NCBI RefSeq assembly: GCF_000372725.1 | Contig: NW_005202427.1 | Coordinates: 310,001 to 374,000 of the forward strand | DNA length: 64,000 nucleotides | Direction: 5' to 3' | Source: Emiliania huxleyi CCMP1516 | Lineage: Eukaryota | Shown here: piece after piece, positions 45,770 to 56,781 of the stretch | Numbering within the stretch: the stretch's first letter is position 1 | Layout of the letters: each line of letters begins with the position of its first letter | Program-made: the position numbers and the translations under genes | The notes under the pieces: generated by a model | Databases searched by the model: none | What the model was told of the DNA's origin: nothing | The model's input: the letters and a program-made list of their open reading frames with translations, nothing else

Positions 45770-46700
45770 ATGGGTCGTCTGCCCCATAGTATTCGACCGC
45801 CACAATCTCATGGTCTTTCCCGCATACTCCTGGCATGATGTGTACGCGCCCCATCACATTCGCTAGCGCCGGGGTGACTATCCAGTTGTCAATTTGCGTG
45901 CCCGCCCGGTACGTTGCGTCATTCGCCATCGCTCTCAGGTCTCGCCCCACTTCGGTCAGCATGCTGTTGAACATCTTGTCTGAGAGGGTCCGCTCCTTTT
46001 TGCCTCTGTTTCGTAGGAAGGCCTCCGTCTCGGCGTTGAAGTCTCCACCGATCATGTACTCCCCGTCGATTTTGTCTAGCTCGTCCCTTAGGCTCTCCCA
46101 CGCGTCTTGCGCTGGGTCCTTTGTTTCTGTGTCGTCCGTTCCTCCGCTCGCCGCCACCGTTATCTTAGCCCGTCCCCTCACTGGCATGTAGACTCCTATC
46201 TGTGTCCACTCCAGTCCGCTTGCCGCGTCCTCCATCTCCACTTTCACGACGCGACCTCTCACCACCTCTTCCATGGACACCTCACCCTTCCCGTCTCTCT
46301 TTGCTTGGAGGTGGTCTGAGTCCCACACAATCAACACCCCCGCTTTGAGCGCGCGCGAGGCCGGGTCATTGTAGGCTGGGGTCCCGCACGCCTCTATCCC
46401 CATCGTCTCTAGGTACTCTATCACTTCGCGCATTTCCTTCTCGCCTAGGTGCGTATCTGCCAGCGTGGCGAGCCACACCCCTCCCTCCTTGATGTATCTG
46501 ATGATCTCCACCAACTTCTTTGTTGCCTCCCGTCCCGTGTTGCGGATCGGTGCGCCTCCCCCCTCTTTTAGTTCCCGGATTTCCTCCATCGCCCCCTCTA
46601 TGCTCTCGAGGCCAGGGAAGGATGGGTGTATAGGAGAAAAGCGCAGCTTTTCTTCTGCAACGCGCCCCCAAATACCCCTCGCAAGAACCTCAGGAGCGAC
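45770..46700 (-). mobile_element. LINE apurinic/apyrimidinic endonuclease (EEP) fragment
   Basis: LADTHL, GVLIVW, GRVV, IGVYMP, IGGDFNA, ATY..TQIDNW and KDHEIV. Truncated at (GGTA)n; (CT)n at 46711-46750. Confidence 0.9.
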
Positions 46701-46804
46701 AAAACAACAACTCTCTCTCTCTCTCCCTCCCTCTCTCTCTCTCTCTCTCAGGAGCGACTCCGCGCTGAGGGCCGACCCAACCTCCCTCACTGACTGCACC
46801 TTCC

Positions 46805-47491
46805 ATGGGCCATCTCTTGTCATTCTTCGCCGCATCACCCGCGCCCGCGCCGTCTCTGATTGCCGGCCGCGTGGTCGGAAAATACACTGCGGCCGCCGGG
46901 AGTCAGACTGTCGATCTCGACATAGTCGCCCTCAATGATGAGCTCGCAATCTCGCTGCTGATGACCATCGACGAGAGTTTCAGCTTCCTTCGGACCGCCG
47001 GCGCCGAGCTCGCTCGAAAGCTCCAGGCCGCCGCCGGCCCCATCGAGATGGTCTGCTCTGCCGCCACGCTCGGCATCGCCGTCGGCCAGCTGGTGGCGAT
47101 ATCCTTTGGCCTCGACCGCCAGGTCGTCTTGCAGAAGACTCAGAAGATCCACCTGCAGGGCGACCGCTCCCTCTCTGAGGCGCTCTCCTCAATCACAACT
47201 GGCACGCCGCAGAAGCTGCTGCTCGACAAGCGCCACCTCCATCTCGTCGCCGGCAAGCGAGTCGTCTTTGTCGACGACGTCATCTCCTCGGGCGGCTCGT
47301 GCGCAGCGGCGCTCCGCCTGTTGCGCGCGGCCGGCGCGACCGTCGTCGGCGTCGGGGCCATCCTGGTCGAGGGCCAGGGCTGGAGGAAGCAACTCGGCGA
47401 GGCGGACGCAGCGCTGGTCAGCAATCTCGGCACGATCCCGCTCTTCCGGCCGCAGGCGGACGGGCATTGGGCCGAGGATTGGAATTGCTGA
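46805..47491 (+). CDS. Type I phosphoribosyltransferase (adenine/purine PRTase-like), intronless
   Basis: PRPP-binding loop RVVFVDDVISSGGS, ATLGI, SITTGTPQKLLLD and LGTIPLF. Confidence 0.9.
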   Translation: MGHLLSFFAASPAPAPSLIAGRVVGKYTAAAGSQTVDLDIVALNDELAISLLMTIDESFSFLRTAGAELARKLQAAAGPIEMVCSAATLGIAVGQLVAISFGLDRQVVLQKTQKIHLQGDRSLSEALSSITTGTPQKLLLDKRHLHLVAGKRVVFVDDVISSGGSCAAALRLLRAAGATVVGVGAILVEGQGWRKQLGEADAALVSNLGTIPLFRPQADGHWAEDWNC

Positions 47492-47724
47492 GGTGCTATT
47501 TTGGGGGGTCAAGTCCAACACAAGTTGAACAACTGATTTCGGGGTTGTGCTTTTTGTCGCTGTTTCTGTTTGCGGATGTGCGAGCTTCTTGTTTCACATA
47601 ACCTATCTGTGAAAATACATTATGAATGTCCCAGGCCCGGAGGGCCTCCAGGGCTCGCACCTCAACCTCTCATAGACCAGAGGATGATCCAGAGCGTCTG
47701 CCAGAGGAGCACTGGTTGGGCTCA

Positions 47725-48145
47725 ACCCAGTTTTCCGGAAAACAAAAAGGAAAACAGAGGTCCCCAGCACTTTGCGTTTCCGGAAATTTCCAGGGAACAG
47801 AGGGTGTTTGGTGCTCCATTCTGGAAACTCGCGAGTTTCCCTGAGTCTGAGAGCTGGTCTGGGGCAAAATCTGAGGCAAAATTGAGGAAATCGACAAAAT
47901 ACCCAGGCGGTCGCAGGGTAATTTCCAGGTATACACGGGTTCTCCGCGAAATTCCCGGCATTTTGCTGATTTGGCCTAAAATTTGGCTGATTTTGGGCCC
48001 AAACCAGCCTCAGTGCTCAGACTCGGCTCAGAGGACAGAGCCAAAAATTTGACGATTTCCACGCAGTTTTCCCGGGAAAATAGAGAGGAAAAGAGAGGGT
48101 GTTGTAGAGAAAAAAGGAAAGGAAAACAGACGGGGTGCGAGAGGC
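47725..48145. mobile_element. Dispersed non-coding MITE-like repeat; inverted partial copies at about 53120-53335 and 57870-58075
   Basis: CCCCAGCACTTTGCGTTTCCGGAAATTTCCAGGG.. and GGTAATTTCCAGGTATACACGG..GGCCTAAAATTTGGCTGATTTTGG recur as reverse complements. Confidence 0.8.
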
Positions 48146-48399
48146 AAACCGGGTTGAGCCCAAAGCACTGGTGGACGAGAGAGTTCTCCTTCTCTCTATA
48201 GACCAGCGGGCGCAGCGCCATTGGAGGTTTTCTCTTCTCAATCACAAGGTCTGGGGTCCCGTACCATTCGGAGGTAGGTAGGTAGAAATTCGGAATCGAC
48301 CAGTGAAAAGAAATCCCAGCCACGTAAGAAAATCCACCTCCCGAACACGGGCAGTACCCGGTAACACAGGGTTGTCCACAACAGCGGGCGCTCGGCACC

Positions 48400-49083
48400 A
48401 TGGATCGCAGACCTCAGGCCGGCACCACGGTTTTGGACGTGGGCGGCTGGCGGGTCGTCGTCACCGACGGGCACACAGTGCTGCCCGATGGCATGACGCA
48501 CCTGCCCGACGACGCGTTCTACGGGCACCGCAGCGCCCTCATCTCTGTCGTCTGCCCGAGCAGCCTCGTCTCCATCGGCGATCGTGCCTTCTATTCCAAC
48601 TTTTACCTCACCTCCATCACCCTTCCCGCCGGGCTCACGTCAATCGGCGAATCAGCCTTCTATTACTGCTGTTCACTCGCCTCCATCTCCTCCGTCGACT
48701 CCCACGCCCTTTTCACCTTCCCCGCCAGCCTCGCCTCCATCGGTCGCTACGCCTTTTACGCTGGCCGCATCGACTTTGCTCCAATCATGCCTGGCTCCTC
48801 GCGCACGCGCGTTACGGTGCCAGCCACCGCCCAGATCGGCGAGGAGGCCTTCCCCTACGCTGCCACCATCCTCCGCGTCCCGCCCGCGAGCATGCGCGCC
48901 CAGGAGCGGCTCCTCTTCTTCTACAAGGGCGCGCTGGCCTACAAGCGCTGCCGCCCCGGCCTACTCGGCTGGCTAGAGCGGGCCCAGATCAGGCTCGGCG
49001 CTTACGGTCCGGACGGCGCGGCGCGCCAGCGCGACCTGGAGGAGTTCGAAGGCGACTGTGCGCTAGCTGCGATCCATGCGTGA
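48400..49083 (+). CDS. BspA-type (LRR_5) leucine-rich repeat protein
   Basis: Repeats PSSLVSIGDRAFY, LTSITLPAGLTSIGESAFYYC and PASLASIGRYAFY. Confidence 0.85.
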   Translation: MDRRPQAGTTVLDVGGWRVVVTDGHTVLPDGMTHLPDDAFYGHRSALISVVCPSSLVSIGDRAFYSNFYLTSITLPAGLTSIGESAFYYCCSLASISSVDSHALFTFPASLASIGRYAFYAGRIDFAPIMPGSSRTRVTVPATAQIGEEAFPYAATILRVPPASMRAQERLLFFYKGALAYKRCRPGLLGWLERAQIRLGAYGPDGAARQRDLEEFEGDCALAAIHA

Positions 49084-49808
49084 CTGAGTGGTGTGGCAGC
49101 GCGGGGGTGGAGCTGTCTCTTAGCACAAGGTTTGTTGTTGCAAAACGAGAGAAAGACAACCGCCGCGGCCTACGTCAACTCAGGCATCCCACACCCAGGC
49201 TCTGCGCCCGCATGGCCGCAAGGGCCAAGGACCGGCGGCGGCGCCACCTGACCTCGCACCTGCGGCACTTCCTGCGTGCTGCGTGATCTCGGCTGTGCTG
49301 ACGTCCGTACAGCCTTCACAGCTGGTGCTATCTGAATATCTGCTACAGCGCCCATGGTAGAGTTCTTACGACAGGCGTCCGTCCGTTCCGACGTCGAGCT
49401 TCCTCCGTGACCTCCGGGATGCGCGCGCCCAGCTGCGCGCGACGCTCATCACCAACCGAACAGAGCTCCCCGGCCAGGCAGACCATTTGTCGAGGCGGTT
49501 TAGGATCGTTTAATAGTCATGTGTAGTGACCGTCTAGGCGAAACTGCTAGAGTAGCTGTCGCCCTTTAGGGCGACATGATGGTGTTTTGGCGCGAGGGGG
49601 GGCGTGCAAGTGGCTAGAATGCCTAGCGCCGTCGTCCTGGGGGGGACCGGGGAGGGTGCCCGCCGGAATTCCGGCGAAGACTAGCACTCCAGTCGTGGTC
49701 CCATTGGTCAGACGGACCTGCGCTCCCTCGTGTGCCTGCCGGGTTCTCTCCTGCTTTCTGGCGCATCAGCTGTGGCCTCGCCCGAGTGTCTCTCGTCTCG
49801 CTACTCGA

Positions 49809-50300
49809 GCGGTGACGCCAGCGCTCAGCTAGGCTCGCCTCTCCCTCAGCGGCTCACGCGGGGACGCCAGCGCTCAGCTAGGCTCGCCCCCCTCTCTCAG
49901 CGGCTCACGCTGTCTCGCGGCTCACGCGACGCTTGGCACTATGGGACACGGCGCTCACGGCCTTCCCGGGCGCACGCGAGACGGGTACTCGGCTCACAGG
50001 TACTTTGCTCACAAGCCCCTTTCTGCGGTTCACGCGCTCCTTTTGCCAAGATGACGGCGCTCAGCTTTCCGCAGGACTGAGGCGGGATCACCACGGCGGC
50101 CGGGGGACGGCTCACGCGGTGACGCCGGCGTTCAGCTAGGCTCGCCTCTCTCTCTCTCTCAGCGGCTCGCGCGGTGACGCCAGCGCTCAGCTAGGCTCGC
50201 CTCTCCCTCAGCGGCTCACGCGGGGACGCCAGCGCTCAGCTAGGCTCGCCCCCCTCTCTCAGCGGCTCACGCTGTCTCGCGGCTCACGCGACGCTTGGCA
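49809..50300. repeat. Minisatellite with ~50-bp unit
   Basis: GCGG(T/G)GACGCCAGCGCTCAGCTAGGCTCGCC..CTCTCAGCGGCTCAC repeated about 5 times in two blocks. Confidence 0.9.
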
Positions 50301-50649
50301 CTACGCAGCCCATGCCGCTGTATCCAGCCCCCTAGGGTGGTCGAGCTCGAGGTGCGTCCCCCACGGGTCCGCCTCGAGTCCGTCCGGGCCATCAGACCCA
50401 TAGGCCGTGTAGTTCGCCTCGACGTCTCCCGTCGATGCGCTCCTCAGGGCTCCCGGCGATTGGGAACCCACGGGCGATGCCGCAGCCCATGCCGCTGCAT
50501 CTAACCCTTGAGGGTGGTCACGCCCGCGCGCCCCCTGGGGTTGCGCCTCGGGCCAGTCCGGGTTGTTAGGCCCGGAGGTTGTATAGCTCGCCGCATCGTC
50601 GTCTCCCGACGATGCGCTTCCCAGGTCCTCTCTCCCAAGAGGTCAATAG

Positions 50650-51266
50650 GAGCGGCCGCACACTGCTCGCTACCCCCCCTGCACAACTAAGCTCATCCCT
50701 GCTGCTAGGGGGGGGGGTCTGACCCCCCCAGCAGCAGAGCGCTGCTGCTGGGGGGGGGGGTCCCGACCCCCCCCCCAGCAGCAGAGCGCACTGGACCCCG
50801 CTCTCCCGCCTCTTCGCCGCCGCCCCCCCCTCCACCCTCGGCTCGTATTTGAGCGGTACGCTCGAGGCGGTTGTGTTCACCGCGCCTTCGAGCCCAATAC
50901 ACCTTCGTCGTGTCGAGTGCTGGCGTTTTACTAAACACTTGTGACCATGTGAGTCTATCTTGTAATACCACACGCGCCTATACATCAGTGTAGTCTCATC
51001 ATCGAGTGATTGCTGGCCTGCGGCGTATGACCTCGCGCGGATATCACCAACGACGAGCNNNNNNNNNNNNNNNNNNNNNNNNNNNNNNNNNNNNNNNNNN
51101 NNNNNNNNNNNNNNNNNNNNNNNNNNNNNNNNNNNNNNNNNNNNNNNNNNNNNNNNNNTCAGCTTAGCTGGGTCCCGACCCCACCAGCAGCAGAGCGCTG
51201 CTTCTGGGGGGGGTCGGCCATGAGCTTAGTTGTGCAGGGGGGGTAGCGAGCAGTGTGCGGCCGCTC
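50650..51266. mobile_element. TIR element (Harbinger/Tourist-like) with 3-bp TSD TAG; spans an assembly gap
   Basis: GAGCGGCCGCACACTGCTCGCTACCCCCCCTGCACAACTAAGCTCAT is inverted at the other end; TAG at 50647-50649 and 51267-51269. Confidence 0.75.
51059..51158. other. Assembly gap (100 N)
   Basis: Run of N. Confidence 1.
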
Positions 51267-51389
51267 TAGGAGGAGGCGCGTCCTCTGGCACGGGCGCTAC
51301 TCTCTCCACTGGAGGAAAAAAAGGGTACGCGCGCGAGAAATGGGTATCAGGCGGTTACGTCGCTGGCTTTGCGCGGGGCTGCAAATAGA

Positions 51390-52290
51390 AATTTATGTAT
51401 GTAAAAGAGGGGACGCGAATGTTGGACGGAGGGTGGACGCGTCCAAGAGGGGGGGGGGGCAGGGGGGGACGGCTCGTATTGGTCATAAAAAACGGCGGTT
51501 CTGGATTTTGCATCTCGGCTGCATCCAATGGCGTCTGCGGTCTGCACATATGGGGCCTCGGATCACGGTCACGTCGGCGAGGACAGCGACGGCGTCGTTG
51601 GTGGAGCGCAGGGGCGAGGGCGTCGACCGACGGGCGGCGCACCAGGAGTCCTCCAGCGCGGTAGGTCACGGAATGTGTATCGCGCGCCTTGCGGAACGAC
51701 GGGTCGAGCCCCTCCGCCAATCGAGGCGGCAGTCGAGACGGTGAGCGGCTGACGTCCTCGCGGGCGTGGCGGAGTACGGCCGACACTATGTGCTGCGGCA
51801 GCCCGCGGAGACGCAGGAGGCGCGGCGGAGCGGCTGCGCTTGGACGCGACGGCGAGGCTGGCCGGGCACGCTGTCGTCGAGACAGGCACGCACGTCGAGA
51901 TCCTACGCGAGCAGGGTGGTGGTCGGCCACCATCACGTGGCGGGAGGAGGGTTCGGGCGGCCGGCTCGTGTGGATGCGGTCGAGTACGACGGCTACCCGG
52001 ACGCCGAGCCTCTCCTCTCCTTAGAGGAAGAGACGTGGAGGCAGGTGACGCTCGGCGCCGGCAGCGCGGCCCCTAATACCAGCGGTGAGGCGAGCGACGG
52101 CAAGAAGAGCGACGGCGAGGCTGGGGACGCGCTGCCGTCCAGCGCGACCGACGTCGGCGGCGCGGTCGCTGCCGGCGGCGAGGGCAGCGGCGTCGAGAGG
52201 GGCGGCGGCAGCAGCCGGGATGGCCAGCGGCGCCACTGGCATGTCGCACGCGGCGGGTAGCCGGGTACGGTTGCAGGTACGGGTAGCTTA
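51390..52290 (+). mobile_element. Repeated Tudor-like element, copy B (frameshifted)
   Basis: Same sequence as 43590-44375 in the opposite orientation (AEYGRHYVLRQPAE, VVETGTHVEIL, AVEYDGYPD, LEEETWR) with indels. Confidence 0.65.
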
Positions 52291-52292
52291 AA

Positions 52293-55078
52293 TCTTACCT
52301 TATATTTCCCCGCGGCCGGTTTTCCGTTTCGGGCGACGGCACACTCACCGAGCTCTCCGGCGGGGAATCATGTCGGCGAAGGCGGGCTCTGGCGTCTCGG
52401 TGATGCGCTCCGATCTCGACGCGTCGACCTCGACGGAGGTGGACGCGCACGAGGCGCAGTGGCGGGCCGGCGTCAACCGCCAAGCACGTCCAGACGCTTC
52501 CTCGCAAAGGCTGGCGCACCTCGACGTCATTGAGTTCCAGAAGCGGGGCCTGCCGCACTGCCACATCGCGCAATCCGTCATCGCCCGGGCGGCCGCAGGC
52601 GGTGCCATCAACCCACCCTCGGCACCGCTGCACGTTCGTGCTCCCTCTCCCACCCAACTCGGCTCCACCCTCGTCCACCCGCACCCACCCCATCATCTGC
52701 TCTCAGGCTGATTGCGGCGTGTGTTGCGCAGTGCCGACCCACCAGACGCTGGCCAGAGCATGACTGTGATGCCTCTGTCTGGGCCGGGGAAGCGTTCGAC
52801 AGCGCGCAAGGTTGCCTCCCTGCCCTTTGCGACGCTTGCGACCACTGCTGAGTTGCATGCATTACAGAGTAGCAGTGGTGGGGAAGGCTTGCCCNNNNNN
52901 NNNNNNNNNNNNNNNNNNNNNNNNNNNNNNNNNNNNNNNNNNNNNNNNNNNNNNNNNNNNNNNNNNNNNNNNNNNNNNNNNNNNNNNNNNNNNNCCCCCC
53001 CCCCCCCGGGACAGAATGGTCAACTCGTGTCTACTTACCTCGTCGGCTCCATTGGCTGCCTCTCCTCGTGCGCCGCCTGCCTCTCCAACCGCTTCGTCTT
53101 TGGGCTGTCCGAGGTTTCCCTCTCGCGCCCCGTCTGTTTTCCTTCCTTTTTTCTCTACAACACCCTCTCTTTTTCTTGTATTTTCCCGGGAAATCTCCGT
53201 GGAAATCGTCAAATTTTGGGCTCTGAGCCGAGTCTGAGACTGGTTTGGGCCAAAATCAGCCAAATTTTAGGCCAAATCGGCAAAATGACCGGAATTTCGC
53301 GAAGAACCGTGTATACCTGGAAATTACCCTGCGAGCACTACGAGTCCAGCCCTTCTCAGCCAGCCAGCCAGGTGCTTCTTTCAAGAGAGAAAGACAGGGA
53401 GAGCATAGAAAGCTATCAGTGTATGTAGTCCCACCCGCAACCGCAACGGAAGCCAGAAATGCCCTCACCAATTAGAAATCTGTTGCGGATTTGTTTTTAT
53501 GACCGCGATTCCATCGGCGGTTTCGTTGCTGTGCGGCGCATCTTGGCTGTGCCGCGGACACCCAAGCCGACGCATCCGACGCTGCGGAAGCTCACCCGTC
53601 GACCTTCACCTCCCGGTGACAGGGTCGACTCTTGCTAATTGGTCTCGATGGCGTCAAACGGCCGCAATGAGGATACACCAGCTGCAGCCACCCGTGCGAG
53701 ACGGCAACCACGCCCGATGCCTCCAAGCACTGCGGCAGCGGATAACAACATGAACAACATGCCTGCGCGATCCGTCGTCGCCCGTGCGGCCGCGGGAGGT
53801 GCCATTGACACAGCCCTCAGCACCGCTGCACGTGCGCGCTCCCGCTCCCAAGCTCGGCTCCACGTTCGTCCACCCTCCCGCCCCATCATCTGCTCTCAGG
53901 CTGGTTGCGGCGTGTGTTGAGCAATGCTGACCCACCAGACGCCGGCCAGAGCATGATTGTGATGCCTCTGTCTGGGCCGGGGGAGCGTTCGACAGCGCGC
54001 AAGGCTGCCTCTCTGCCCTTTGCGACTCCTTAGACCACTGCTGTTGCCTGCAGTAACAGTAATGATGGTGGGGAGGGCTTGCGCCCCCCCCACAACCCCC
54101 CCCCCGGCATCTTGGTCAACTCGTGTCTACTCGTAGGTCAATCCACGAGCTCGATACTCGACCTACGTGGGCCTGACGTTTCTGAGCTACAAGATTCTCG
54201 CGATGAGGCAGCCACCAGCCGCATGCGCCGTCTCGGCGTGACTGCGTTGTCTCGGCGCGGGCTCCGCCGCAAGGTGGCGCGGTGCAACACAACGCTATTC
54301 ACCGCCGATAGTGGAGCCGCTCCCTCACTATGCACGGAGGCTACCACTGCCTTTGGACGTATCGGCGACGCGACTTGCGGCCGCTGCAATGCGCTGCTCT
54401 TCAAGGCCGAGTGCATGCCGATTCCCCAGCAGCGCGGTGCCGTGCGAAATCGAATATCTCAACTCACAGCGGACCTCAGGGATGCCAGAGCACGAGTTCG
54501 TCTTCAAACCGAACATGCCGATCATGCTGCTGCGCAACCTTAACCCCGCGGAGGGCCTTTGCAACGGCACCCGCCTTCTGTCACGCCGGCTGCGCTCGAA
54601 TGGCCGCCTACTCGAGGCGAAGATAATCTCGGGCACGCACTGCGGCCGCATCGTCCTGCTGCCGCGCATCGACATCAAGCCAGAGGAGGGCGCCTTCCCC
54701 TTCAACTGGAAGCGTCGACAATTTCCAGTCCGCGCGGCTTTCGCCATGACCATCAACAAGAGCCAGGGCCAGTCGCTGCGCTGTGTCGGAGTCTACCTCG
54801 CACAGCCGTGCTTCTCGCACGGACAGCTGTACGTCGCCATCTCACGTGTCGGCCACCCGGATCACCTGTGCTTTGCTCTGCTGCCCACAAACGGCGAGTA
54901 TCGCACCCGCAACGTAGTCTTTCACGACGCACTCACATGTTGACTTAGAAATACCTTATACCTTACCTTGACTAATACACGGGAAGAATTCGTTGGCGCT
55001 CTTCACTATGCACACAACCTTGGTGTGAGGAGAAATTCACGCCAGCACCCGGCGAGCCTGAACTCGTCATGCACGTAG
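52293..55078 (+). mobile_element. Internally deleted Helitron (Rep motif plus PIF1 helicase C-terminus)
   Basis: VIEFQKRGLPHCHI at about 52526-52567. MLLRNLNPAEGLCNGTRL, RRQFPVRAAFAMTINKSQGQSL and FSHGQLYVAISRV at 54480-54943. Candidate A|TC 5' end at 52293 and hairpin+GTAG|T at about 55051-55078; both ends tentative. Internal duplication at about 52570-53040/53765-54135. Confidence 0.85.
52895..52994. other. Assembly gap (100 N)
   Basis: Run of N. Confidence 1.
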
Positions 55079-55521
55079 TACGGGACCCCGCCCCCGTAAC
55101 TTATATGCTGGTGGGATAACTTCAGCAAGCTGTGTGGCTTTCTTCACCTCCGTGTGTGCCGCTGCGCATGTTCTAAGTTTCTGTACGTAAAGGAGTTTTG
55201 CGCCGCCGTGAAAGTCCGGAACCTAGGGGGGGGGTGTTGAGAAGGAAAGGGGGGGGGGGGCAGCCCAAGCCCGGCGAGGGGGGGGGGGGGGGCCCCCCCG
55301 GGCCCGAACCCTCTTTTTAACAAACGGCGGCCGCGGAAGAAAAAACTTTAATTTTTTACCCGGGGCCGGGACCCACTCGAGTTTGAACTTCATGTTGAAC
55401 CAGTTCCCCCCCCCCGCGGGGGTATGCACGCCAAAGAGAGTCGATAGACGCAGCTCATGGAGAAGGCTGTGTGACGGGTTCATGTGAAGGCTGTGTGAAG
55501 AACAACGTGTGGAAGTAAAGT

Positions 55522-56552
55522 GCTACTGGTTACTGGAGACTGTGCAGAGCAGTACTATTATTACTGGTTACTGGAGACCGTGCAGAGCACTCCTATTATG
55601 ACTGTGGTTACTAGACTGTGCAGAGCAGTACTATTACTGGGGACTGTGCAGAGTCCTGCTGCTGGTTACTGGAGACTGTGCAGAGCACTCCTATTATGAC
55701 TGTGGTTACTAGACTGTGCAGAGCAGTACTATTACTGGGGACTGTGCAGAGTCCTGCTGCTGGTTACTGGAGACTGTGCAGAGCACTCCTATTATGACTG
55801 TGGTTACTAGACTGTGCAGAGCAGTACTATTACTGGTTACTAGACTGTGCAGAGCAGTACTATTACTGGGGATGGTTACTGGAGACTGTGCAGAGCACTC
55901 CTATTATGACTGTGGTTACTAGACTGTGCAGAGCAGTACTATTACTGGGGACTGTGCAGAGTCCTGCTGCTGCTGGTTACTGGGGACTGTGCAGAGCACT
56001 CCTATTCTTACTGGTTACTAGACGGTGCGGAGCAGTACTATTACTGGTTACTAGACTGTGCAGAGCAGTACTATTACTGGGGACTGTGCAGAGTCCTGCT
56101 GCTGCTGGTTACTGGGGACTGTGCAGAGCACTCCTATTCTTACTGGTTACTAGACTGTGCAGAGCAGTACTATTACTGGGGACTGTGCAGAGCACTCCTA
56201 TTCTTGCTGGTTACTAGACTGTGCAGAGCAGTACTATTACTGGGGACTGTGCAGAGCACTCCTATTCTTGCTGGTTACTAGACTGTGCAGAGCAGTACTA
56301 TTACTGGGGACTGTGCAGAGCACTCCTATTCTTGCTGGTTACTAGACTGTGCAGAGCAGTACTATTACTGGGGACTGTGCTGTGCAGAGCACTCCTATTA
56401 TGACTGGGGACTGGAGACTGTGCAGAGCCACTCCTATTATTACTGGTACTAGACTGTGCAGAGTACTATTATTACTGGTTACTGGAGATTGTGCAGAGCA
56501 CTCCTATTATGACTGAGGACTGGAGACTGTGCAGAGCACTCCTGTATGACTG
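55522..56552. repeat. Complex satellite of ~25-40-bp units anchored on GACTGTGCAGAG
   Basis: About 30 units alternating GCAGTACTATTACT, CACTCCTATT and TCCTGCTGCT variants. Confidence 0.95.
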
Positions 56553-56746
56553 GTTTCAGCACCTACGGGATCATGACCATGTGAAAGAGGGTCAAAAACT
56601 GCTATGGAGATGTCTCCAGGGGGTATATGGGGAGGAGAATATCTCGAGGAATCTCCGAGAATTGGATCAATCGTCGCAATCTCCCCCCCCCACCGCTCCA
56701 CCCCCGCCTTCGAGCCTCGCCTACACAGACAAAAAGAAATCGAGCG

Positions 56747-56781
<35 letters not shown>

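Noticed and set aside
55223..55430. Homopolymer-rich ORF
   Set aside because: Looks like low-quality read-end sequence.
55522..56552. CRISPR-like array
   Set aside because: Spacers are repeated variants, no cas genes are present and the context is eukaryotic.
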